Source of the DNA: an uncultured cyanobacterium | Lineage (GTDB): Bacteria > Cyanobacteriota > Cyanobacteriia > Cyanobacteriales > CAWCAG01 | DNA length: 64,000 nucleotides | Reading direction: 5' to 3' | Assembly: GCA_963803805.1 (NCBI GenBank) | Contig: CAWDOD010000004.1 | Coordinates: forward strand, 427,108-491,107 | Shown: piece by piece, positions 45,667 to 53,991 of the stretch | Position numbering within the stretch: position 1 is the first letter of the stretch | Layout: each line of letters opens with the position of its first letter | The notes under the pieces: generated by a model | What the model saw: the letters and a program-made list of their open reading frames with translations, nothing else | What the model was told of the DNA's origin: nothing | Databases searched by the model: none | Made by a program: the position numbers and the translations under genes

Positions 45667-46686
45667 TTAGTTTTCTCGAATAATTAGAGTATACTTTCCC
45701 TTACTGCCGGACTCATAACTATTAACAATAATGCGATAGGTATCTTCTTTTGGTAAAGTAATCGTTAGCCGAGAATTTTTATTTTCGTTGCTAATATCGT
45801 CATTTTCGCCGATTACCTGATTATCAGAATTAACTATAGCTAAATAAGCATCAAAGTCTTCGCTTTTTAAGGAAATAGTTATTGATTGGGCTGTAGTTCC
45901 TAGAAAAGGATAACTATCATATAAACTGCTATCTGAACTAAGAGCGTTATCTCCTTCTTCTAAAGCTCCTTCTTTTACCATTAAAGGTAGGGAATCTTCA
46001 TAGCTTTGGGCATAAGCGATCGCACAGAGATTGCCAAAAACAGAATGAACATCACAAGCAACTCCTGTGGCACTGTAGTTTGGTTCAAGGATATTTTGTC
46101 GATGGATGCGGTTAGGAATACCATCATCAATAACCATCAACATAACAATATCCTGAGCGGAACTACCGCCGTAACTAATATTTTCTCCTCGCTTTCCTGT
46201 GACAATACCGTAGAGGGTAATCTTTTCCTCAAGTTTAATAGAATCCCTAGGTATCCCCTGATTCGTACTAATCCCTTCTTTTACCAAATCCTTTGCTGCC
46301 ATAGACATACCGTCAAACGTTGTTAAAGGCGGCAGAGGTTGCCTTTGGCGTAGTACGGTAATTGCTTCATCTAAAGCACTAACCCCTTCTTTTGTTAAGA
46401 CGATAGTACGACCAGGTATTCTTAATAAAGTATCGCTGTAATATTGTCTCATCTCCTCTAGCTGATCAGCATAAGCAGCCGGGTTTGTTCGTACCTGGTT
46501 AATTTGGGCAATAATTTCTTGCTCCAAAACTGATTGTATGATGGGGCTGACTCGTGTAGGATTCGGTATTTCGCTTTGTGCTATCACCTCCCTATCTTTT
46601 TCATTGGCGAAGGATGATGTAGCGTCGACTCCACCCCATAACAGGGAACTCACTAACAAGGTTGAAGATATTATTTTTAGCTGCAT
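45667..46686 (-). CDS. secreted CAP (SCP/PR-1) domain protein with C-terminal pre-peptidase (PPC)-like domain
   Basis: 339 aa. Signal peptide, CAP region INQVRTNPAAYA...HRQNIL, and a C-terminal beta-rich segment YTLIIRE. Confidence 0.65.
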   Translation of the reverse strand: MQLKIISSTLLVSSLLWGGVDATSSFANEKDREVIAQSEIPNPTRVSPIIQSVLEQEIIAQINQVRTNPAAYADQLEEMRQYYSDTLLRIPGRTIVLTKEGVSALDEAITVLRQRQPLPPLTTFDGMSMAAKDLVKEGISTNQGIPRDSIKLEEKITLYGIVTGKRGENISYGGSSAQDIVMLMVIDDGIPNRIHRQNILEPNYSATGVACDVHSVFGNLCAIAYAQSYEDSLPLMVKEGALEEGDNALSSDSSLYDSYPFLGTTAQSITISLKSEDFDAYLAIVNSDNQVIGENDDISNENKNSRLTITLPKEDTYRIIVNSYESGSKGKYTLIIREN

Positions 46687-46850
46687 AGTTAATTTTAGTG
46701 ATCCTCAAGGTTAAGCCATTATAAAAGAAAATTCCCGAATCTTCCTAGTGAAAAGCAAATTATTTAGAAATGTATCAATGGCTTATTGCTATTAAATATC
46801 AATATGCTATCCTAAGCTTATTGTGAATAATTACTATCAAGAGGTGCATC

Positions 46851-46988
46851 ATGACAGTCAAATCCCAGCCAGTAAAACAGAGTAAGATTGAGATTGAAGT
46901 CAAAAATCTTGCCCCGGAAACTAATACAGATACCACCGTTAAAGGTTATCAAAGTGGAGCCTTTGATGGGGATGATGGCTCTGATTAG
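46851..46988 (+). CDS. candidate small ORF (45 aa), not in the supplied track
   Basis: ATG preceded by AAGAGG at -12. Product MTVKSQPVKQSKIEIEVKNLAPETNTDTTVKGYQSGAFDGDDGSD. No homology evidence available to me. Confidence 0.25.
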   Translation: MTVKSQPVKQSKIEIEVKNLAPETNTDTTVKGYQSGAFDGDDGSD

Positions 46989-47020
46989 TTAAGATACTTT
47001 TTAAAATTGGTTTAGATTCA

Positions 47021-47127
47021 TATAGCAATTATTAGTACCATGAGGTAAGCCTTAGACTCTATTTTTGCTAATAGCTAGTGGCGAATGGCTAATAGAAATG
47101 TACCTCCGCAGCTTGGGAATTGCTATA
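47021..47127. mobile_element. MITE-like hairpin element, copy 1
   Basis: Terminal inverted repeats TATAGCAATT / AATTGCTATA, inner pairing GAGGTA / TACCTC, degenerate GCTAATG-type heptamer core. Homologous to 62087..62196. Confidence 0.55.
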
Positions 47128-47243
47128 TGTCTTTTTTGGGGAAGTAAAATTGTTACAATTTTGCTTCCTTCCTTAGTTTAAGTAAAAGAGATAACTTAAT
47201 CTATTGCTGAAAAAGTATTTATAGCAATCATCCAAGAAATAAC

Positions 47244-48424
47244 ATGGAAAATCTCTCTATTAACTCTGTGATCGCAGAAATTTTATCTCCCTACGAATTA
47301 GTCGAATTTTTTGAGAAGTATTGGACGCAAAAGAGCATTTTTATTCCTAATAATGGTCGTCGCTTCAACCAGATTTTCTCCTGGCAAAAACTCAACCATT
47401 TACTTAACTTTCATGAGTTCGATTACCCCTCTCTACGTTTAGCTAAAAATGGAGAAGTTTTACCTCCGAAAGAAAACGCTCATTTCCTGAAACATTGTCA
47501 AGAGGGAGCAACTTTAATCATTGATCGTTTACACAAACTGGTTCCTGAAGTAGGGCGTTTTGCCGCAGCAATCAAAGATGATTTAGGTCATCCTTTACAA
47601 GTAAATATGTATTGTTCTTGCCCCAAGTACAGGGATTCAAGTGTCATTATGATACCCACGAAGTATTTATTTTACAAGTAGATGGCTGTAAACAATGGCA
47701 TATTTTTGCTGATACAGTTAAGTACCCTTTAAAAGAAGAGAAATCATCTGCTCATTGCCCCCCCGAAAGTGAACCTTATTTAAGCTGTATCCTCGAACCT
47801 GGGGATGTTCTCTATATTCCGAGAGGACATTGGCATTATGCTAAGACAGTAGATCAACCATCTTTACACCTTACTTTAGGGGTACATTGTTTAACGGGAA
47901 TAGACTTTTTGCAGTGGTTAACAAAACAGCTAAAGGAAGAACAAGAATGGCGAACTAATTTACCGGTGATTAATAATAACTGTTCTGTTTCTCTCAACAA
48001 ATACTTAGATAGTTTAACAGGGAGTTTAGCTAATTATTTACACACTAACAACTCTAGTGCTGAATATGCACAATATATAGCCAATTCAGAAAATCTCATT
48101 CCTAAGTATGCCTTTCCCTATCAAGCGGGCTACCAAATTTTTGCCCAAGGTATCAACACAAAGTTTATGCGTCCAAAGTACCAGCGATCGCAGATTATAG
48201 AATTACCAGGACAGCAAGGTTATAAAATTATAGTTTGGCACAAAGAAATCATCTTAAAAGGTGTCCCCAAATCTTTTGTTAATAAGTTATTTCATCAAGA
48301 AACTTTTACTGGTATAGATGTAGCCAGTTGGTTGTCAGAGGATTTTGATTGGGAAGTAGATATTGCCCCGACTCTACGGCGTTTAGTTACAGAAGGAATT
48401 ATTTTTGTTGTCAATGATGCCTAG
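47244..48424 (+). pseudogene. JmjC / cupin-4 family oxygenase, reading frame broken near 47610
   Basis: ORF 47244..47681 (N-terminal half) and ORF 47612..48424 (-1 frame) together form one cupin-4 protein. The Fe ligands HYD (CHYDTH) and RGHWHYA lie downstream of the break. Adding one base after 47611 gives NMYLFLPQVQGFKCHYDTH. Confidence 0.75.
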
Positions 48425-48459
48425 TAAGCTGGCAGGTATTTATATTGTCGATGGGGGGA

Positions 48460-48487
48460 GGTAATGGGTAATAGGTAATGGGTAAGA
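48460..48487. repeat. STRR-like heptamer tract (GGTAATG GGTAATA GGTAATG GGTAAGA)
   Basis: Read directly from the sequence, just after the cupin gene stop. Confidence 0.7.
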
Positions 48488-48548
48488 ATTACAGCTTATC
48501 ATCTTAGTTAATTCAACAATATAAGGCTTTGTGATCGCACAATTTTTT

Positions 48549-48600
48549 TGCCTACAAGTAACATAAAATACGGCAAGCCGAACATTGCTCAGTTATCAAT
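48549..48600 (+). repeat. dispersed ~45-nt repeat, copy D (interrupted: TGCCTA...CGGCAAGCCGAACATTGCTCAGTTATCAAT)
   Basis: The 3' half matches copies A-C. The 5' half is separated by about 16 unrelated nt. Confidence 0.45.
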
Positions 48601-48756
48601 AAATATACTTAAAAAATAAAATCCATAATCTCTCTGAAGTTAATTGCTAAATTCTTGCATTAAGATGAAAGTCAAGATTTACTCAAATTCCTTATTAAAC
48701 CTAGGAGGAGTGAGAAATCATCTTTTAGTAACAAAAAATTAAATCCCATCTAATTT

Positions 48757-49764
48757 ATGACTCCTTTCTTCTGTGCCAACCTGTCTCGTCAGCTAGGGGA
48801 AGACATCATTGGTAGCGCTCCCTCTTACCAAACCTACATCATGGTAGAATGCCCTTATCCTTGGGCAGAAAATGCCTTTAAATCTCAAGGCGTTCCCCAA
48901 AACTTAAGGGAGTTGGTAGCAGAAGTTAAGGAAGCCAACTTATCTATTCGCTTTCTTTTAACCTTACCCCCGCAACCAGATCCAGAAAATCAGACGCGGG
49001 TATTAATTTTCCAGAAACAGTCAGGGCTAGCTGTCGGTTATAAGAAACAAGCAATTAAGGTAAGCAATATCACAGATGTTGCACCACTATTAAATAAATA
49101 CTTAACATCAGAAGGTTTGCAAATTGAAGGTAAAGCCAGTAGAATCAGAGATTTCTTTGTTTGCACCCATGGAAGCCATGATAAATGTTGTTCTCGCTAC
49201 GGTTATCCCTTCTTTCGCCAAGGTGTAGCTATGGTTGAGAAGCTAGGTTTAGAGGATGTAGGTTTTTGGCAAGTAAGTCATATTGGGGGACATAGGTTTG
49301 CCCCAACCTTAATTAGCCTACCTGATGGCAGGTATTATGGGGCTTTAGACCAGGAATCTTTACAAGCAATCCTCTTACATCAAGGGGATATCACTTGCTT
49401 AAACAGAGTTTATCGCGGTTGGGGGCTTTTACCCAGAAAAGTCCAAGTTTTAGAAAGAGAATTAATCTTACGCCACGGTTGGGAATGGTTATCTAATTCT
49501 GTTAGTTGTCGTATTCTTCAAGATTTTCCTGAAAAGAATTTAACCCAAGTAGAGTTATTTTGCCAAACCAGCAACGGAGAGACTTGTGCTTACCAAGGAG
49601 ATATTATCATAGATGAAAGTAAAACTCTGACTATGCCAGGTTCTTGTCATGCAGACAAGGCATCAACCTTTGTTAAGTATACTGCTACAAATATTCGTCA
49701 AGTAACTAAAGTACAATCTCTAGATCATAAGCGTTCTGTATCTAGAGTCGAAAAATCAGCTTAG
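48757..49764 (+). CDS. sucrase/ferredoxin-like (thioredoxin-like [2Fe-2S]) family protein
   Basis: 335 aa. FVCTHGSHDKCCSRYG and SHIGGHRFAP motifs characteristic of the family. Confidence 0.7.
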   Translation: MTPFFCANLSRQLGEDIIGSAPSYQTYIMVECPYPWAENAFKSQGVPQNLRELVAEVKEANLSIRFLLTLPPQPDPENQTRVLIFQKQSGLAVGYKKQAIKVSNITDVAPLLNKYLTSEGLQIEGKASRIRDFFVCTHGSHDKCCSRYGYPFFRQGVAMVEKLGLEDVGFWQVSHIGGHRFAPTLISLPDGRYYGALDQESLQAILLHQGDITCLNRVYRGWGLLPRKVQVLERELILRHGWEWLSNSVSCRILQDFPEKNLTQVELFCQTSNGETCAYQGDIIIDESKTLTMPGSCHADKASTFVKYTATNIRQVTKVQSLDHKRSVSRVEKSA

Positions 49765-49792
49765 AGGCAATAAATACTATGATAAATGAGAT

Positions 49793-51700
49793 ATGGTGGT
49801 ATTGAAAAAATGGCAATGGCTCTTACTAATTAGTCCTATTGCTGGATTAGTTACCTTCTTGCTAATCTCCGCAGGGTGGCAAATTCATCAATGGGGTATT
49901 AATTGGATATGGGGGCTATTTATCCTCATCTTAGCTGGGTGGCGTTGGTTATTGGTAAAATGGACTCGCCCTGGTATTGGGGAAATCGAGACTGCTGTAG
50001 CCGAAGCAGAAGCAGAATTAGCCACTGTCCAAGCAGAAACAGCCAACCTTTTAGCCTCAAATGATCTGATTACCAAAACGGTAGAAACGGCCTTACAAAG
50101 CACCTTAGAAACCGCTAGAAATGACCTTCCTATTTGGGAAGATTGGACTGCATTTTGGCAACGTTGTCAAGAATTAATTGTTGCTGTTGCCCATGCCTAC
50201 CATCCGGAAGTTAAATATCCTCTACTCAACATCTATATTCCCCAAGCTTACGGCTTAATGCGAGGAACTGTAGATGATATGGATCGTTGGATGGAACAAC
50301 TATCTCCAGCCTTAAATAAAGTTACTGTCGGACAAGGCTTTGAAGCCTATGAAGTTTATCGTAAACTAGAACCATCAGCACGCAAACTCCTGCGCGTCTG
50401 GAATTTTGCTCAATGGTTCCTAAATCCCGCCGCCGCTTTAGCGAAACAAGCTAGTCAGGGTTATAATAACCGTGCAACGGAACAACTTTTAGGGAATTTG
50501 GGGCAGATGCTGCGAGAAGTCGCCCTACGGAATCTCTGTAAACAAGCTGTAGCCCTTTATGGTAGTGACTCCTTACCAGAATCAACCTTTAACCTTTCTA
50601 CCCCTAGTTTACCCAAAGCCCAAAGCCAAACTCTCCAAGAAATTTTAGCAACCGCAGAACCGACTGAAGTTGTAGAGCAAAAACCTGTTAATATTCTGTT
50701 GGTAGGTAGAACTGGTTCAGGTAAAAGCAGTCTGATCAATACCCTCTTTCAAGCTGAAAAAGCCGAAGTAGATGTTCTTCCCAGCACCGATAGATTGCAA
50801 AGTTACCATTGGCAGGTTCCTAATGGAGAAAGCCTCACCCTTTGGGATACTCCAGGATACGAACAGGCAAATCGTACTGAGTTAAGGGAGTTAGTACTAG
50901 ATTATGCCATTAATGCCGACCTTCTGCTACTCGTTACTCCCGCCCTTGATCCTGCCTTACAAATGGATGCAGACTTCCTAGAAGAAGTTGCAACAGTAGT
51001 AACAGAACTTCCTACCATTACCGTAGTGACTCAAGTAGATAGGTTGCGCCCCATTCGTGAATGGCAACCTCCTTATAACTGGCGAGATGGTAACAGTGCC
51101 AAGGAGACATCGATCCGAGAGGCAACAAAGTATCGCGCCGAACTTTTAGGGCAGTTTTGCAACCTCATTCTTCCTACCGTTACCAGAGATGCCAAAACAA
51201 ACCGCAATCCTTGGAATATCGAAGAATTATCTCTAGCTTTAGTAGAAGCGATCGCCCCGGCTAAACAACTACGTTTAGCCCGTTTCCTGCGCGATCGCGA
51301 AGCCCGCAGTCTTGCTGCAGCGAAAATAATCGATCGTTACACATTACAAATGGCTACAACCCAAGGGCTAACTGCCTTGCTGAAAAGCCCTGTCTTGCAA
51401 TTCATCTCTACCATGTCTACGGGATCACCCACCTTAGCCTATGCACTCTCCCAAAAAATTCCTGTAGAACAGTTACCCGTAGTTATTGGTAAACTGCAAA
51501 TGGGGTACGAACTTCATTCGCTTTTAGAGCCAGATAAATCCTTCGACTTACTTTCTCTTTGGAATTTGTTATTAGAGAACTCTCAAACCCCGGATCGCAA
51601 TGCTTGGGCTTTCGGTCATAGCTTGGTAGAATACTGGACACAAAATCTGACAAAAGAGCAATTGTCAGAAAGATTTGCTTATTATTTACAACGAACTTAA
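49793..51700 (+). CDS. membrane-anchored GTPase (HSR1/MMR1-type G domain)
   Basis: 635 aa. Two N-terminal TM helices, P-loop GRTGSGKSS, DTPG, TQVD. Starts 28 nt after the preceding gene. Confidence 0.7.
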   Translation: MVVLKKWQWLLLISPIAGLVTFLLISAGWQIHQWGINWIWGLFILILAGWRWLLVKWTRPGIGEIETAVAEAEAELATVQAETANLLASNDLITKTVETALQSTLETARNDLPIWEDWTAFWQRCQELIVAVAHAYHPEVKYPLLNIYIPQAYGLMRGTVDDMDRWMEQLSPALNKVTVGQGFEAYEVYRKLEPSARKLLRVWNFAQWFLNPAAALAKQASQGYNNRATEQLLGNLGQMLREVALRNLCKQAVALYGSDSLPESTFNLSTPSLPKAQSQTLQEILATAEPTEVVEQKPVNILLVGRTGSGKSSLINTLFQAEKAEVDVLPSTDRLQSYHWQVPNGESLTLWDTPGYEQANRTELRELVLDYAINADLLLLVTPALDPALQMDADFLEEVATVVTELPTITVVTQVDRLRPIREWQPPYNWRDGNSAKETSIREATKYRAELLGQFCNLILPTVTRDAKTNRNPWNIEELSLALVEAIAPAKQLRLARFLRDREARSLAAAKIIDRYTLQMATTQGLTALLKSPVLQFISTMSTGSPTLAYALSQKIPVEQLPVVIGKLQMGYELHSLLEPDKSFDLLSLWNLLLENSQTPDRNAWAFGHSLVEYWTQNLTKEQLSERFAYYLQRT

Positions 51701-51865
51701 TACCATTCACCATTGAACATTAGACATCTCCGGAAAAGACGGAACAGGGAACAAAAGGAACAATTGATGATTCTGAATAGGAAAATTGATGTTATTTTTG
51801 ATTTTAGGAGATATCTATTACAAGTCTAATATATCTTTGAGACAACTAAAGAAAAATGGTATAAC

Positions 51866-52132
51866 CTACTCAACCACAATACACCATTCATGAAGCTTAT
51901 ATTCCACACAACCATTCTTAACTAAAGGGTCTGCGGCTACAATTTCTTTTGCCTGTGCTAACGAAGTAGCTTCAAAAAGTAGCATTCCTCCCCCTAATTC
52001 TCCCCAATAACCACTCCGGGCCTGATGCCCTTTAGTAATCAAATCCTTAACATAAGCTTTATGGGCAGGAACGTATTGATCAAAGGTAGATTTATTAACA
52101 ATTCCTTTCTCTATTTTGACAAACCAAGACAT
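51866..52132 (-). CDS. YciI family protein
   Basis: 88 aa. HKAYV...GGMLLFEA...A..DP pattern. Confidence 0.75.
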   Translation of the reverse strand: MSWFVKIEKGIVNKSTFDQYVPAHKAYVKDLITKGHQARSGYWGELGGGMLLFEATSLAQAKEIVAADPLVKNGCVEYKLHEWCIVVE

Positions 52133-52176
52133 TTTTTATTAAGGCTATTTTTAACTAAATAATTGATAATTAAATT

Positions 52177-52377
52177 ATGTCTAAATCTCAACATCGCTTT
52201 TTTATTGCCTTGCTACCCTCTGTGGCAGTACAGCAATATGCTAACCAAGTCAAACATAACTTCGTGGAAGTTTACAACTCCTGTGCGGCCCAAAAATCTC
52301 CTCCTCTAGAACTAGCAACGTTTCTGCCTACCCTACTTTATCGCTTCTATAATACTATTTGGTCAGCTTTTGGCTAA
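52177..52377 (+). pseudogene. truncated 2'-5' RNA ligase (LigT/2H phosphoesterase) family gene
   Basis: The first ~41 residues (HRFFIALLP...AAQKSPP) match the family up to the point where the first H-x-T-x motif (SPPHITL) is expected. The sequence then diverges and stops, overlapping the next gene. Confidence 0.45.
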
Positions 52378-52396
52378 TTTAATCCAATCACCAATT

Positions 52397-53590
52397 ATGT
52401 ACAGTCGTCGTTATTTCTTGTTAGGTATAGGTTCAGTAGCTCTGGGGCAAATGGCTTCGGGGTGTAGCATTGGTGCTAAGCTTGACCTAAGAGTACGATT
52501 GCTGAAAGACTCGATTCCACCTCAACTGTTACGCAGCTTTCGTCAAGAATCACAAGAGCGCATTGCTTTAAATTTTAGAGCAGAAACTCAATTAGCTGGT
52601 TTGTTTAAGGATCTAGAGATTTGGCAAGAAGAATCTCAGCAAAAAAACACTCCAAACAAGCTAGTTCTCCCTTTACGTAGGTTAGTACGCTTAAGTCCTC
52701 CGGCAACACCAGATTTACTAAGTTTAGGGGATTTTTGGTTAACTGGGGCAATCAAGGAAAAATTGATTCAACCTATTGATGTTAAACAACTTCCTTTATG
52801 GAAAGAATTACCTCCCCGTTGGCAAGAATTAGTTAGACGCGACGAAAAAGGACAACTAAGCAAGTCTGGAAAAATTTGGGGCGCACCCTATCGTTGGGGT
52901 TGTAGCGCGATCGCCTATAACCAAGAAAAGTTTAACTCCCAGGGTTGGGATTTACCAACGGATTGGCAGGATTTGTGGCGGCCAGAATTACGTAATCGTC
53001 TTTCTTTATTAGATTCACCAAGAGAAGTTATTGGCTTAACTTTAAAGAAGTTGGGTTTAAGTTACAACAGCCCTAATTTAACAGAGGTAGCTAACTTAAA
53101 AAAAGAACTCATTGCTCTTCATAAACAGGTCAAATTATATAGTTCAGACTCTTACTTACAGCCCTTAGTTCTTGAGGATACAGATATTGCTGTTGGTTGG
53201 TCTACAGATTTTCTTTCCCTCAAAGCTAGCTATCCTAACATTAAAGTGGTGATACCCAACTCAGGAACTGCTCTCTGGGCAGATTTGTGGGTAAACCCCA
53301 TCTCTTCTCAAAATAGTACTTCAAAAACCAAAGATGCCCCTTCTCTTTCTCAAAAATGGCTAAATTTCTGTTGGGAATCTCAATCAGCACAGCAAATTTC
53401 TTTATTCACCTCTGGTTCATCTCCTATGTTAAGAACTATCGATAAAGATAAATTACCTGCTGATCTTCGCAAAAATCCTCTTGCCTTACCCAAAGAAAGC
53501 ATTTGGCAGCAAAGTGAATTTCTATTACCCCTTTCCGCAAAAACCACACAACAATATGAATCCTTGTGGCAAGAAATTAGGAACAATTAA
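52397..53590 (+). CDS. ABC transporter substrate-binding protein (polyamine PotD/PotF-like)
   Basis: MYSRRYFLLGIGSVALGQMASGCS signal with Cys. GAPYRWGCSAIAYN and GTALWADLW segments. I prefer the ATG at 52397 to the TTG at 52370. Confidence 0.7.
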   Translation: MYSRRYFLLGIGSVALGQMASGCSIGAKLDLRVRLLKDSIPPQLLRSFRQESQERIALNFRAETQLAGLFKDLEIWQEESQQKNTPNKLVLPLRRLVRLSPPATPDLLSLGDFWLTGAIKEKLIQPIDVKQLPLWKELPPRWQELVRRDEKGQLSKSGKIWGAPYRWGCSAIAYNQEKFNSQGWDLPTDWQDLWRPELRNRLSLLDSPREVIGLTLKKLGLSYNSPNLTEVANLKKELIALHKQVKLYSSDSYLQPLVLEDTDIAVGWSTDFLSLKASYPNIKVVIPNSGTALWADLWVNPISSQNSTSKTKDAPSLSQKWLNFCWESQSAQQISLFTSGSSPMLRTIDKDKLPADLRKNPLALPKESIWQQSEFLLPLSAKTTQQYESLWQEIRNN

Positions 53591-53620
53591 ACAATTAATA
53601 ATTGATCATTGATCATTGCT

Positions 53621-53839
53621 TTAAGCTAGCTTCAAAGAATTAACAGGAACCTCATCCCAAGATTCTACAGTCCTCAAACGAGCAATCCAACCCGCAGATT
53701 TTTGTTGTTGGGTAAGATTATCCCTAAAAGATTGATGACAAGCTTGGGCTAATTCTTGATTACAACTAGCAATACAGCAATAAAGCAAACCGGAAGGATC
53801 TATTTGTTCATTGACCCAAATGATCATAGTATCGCTCAA
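53621..53839 (-). CDS. hypothetical protein
   Basis: 72-aa ORF, no motif recognised. Confidence 0.3.
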   Translation of the reverse strand: MSDTMIIWVNEQIDPSGLLYCCIASCNQELAQACHQSFRDNLTQQQKSAGWIARLRTVESWDEVPVNSLKLA

Positions 53840-53991
53840 TCTCCTATCTTATTAGTACTTGCCGTTAATTGAGGGAGTCCTTCCCCAGTAACCCGGCAAA
53901 TTCTCCACTCTTCCATAATCGCAGATCCTAAGCTTTATGGGTTATATAAAATAGATCAATTCGAGGTTAACAAGGAGAGCGAGAATGATCA

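Noticed and set aside
52304-52315. CTCTAGAACTAG, a 12-nt match to the pBluescript-type polylinker (XbaI-SpeI region), at the point where the ligT-like gene loses similarity
   Set aside because: A 12-mer match to some part of a ~100-nt polylinker is expected about once by chance in a 64-kb window read on both strands. The match does not extend (ACTAGC versus ACTAGT), and no other vector-like sequence flanks it.
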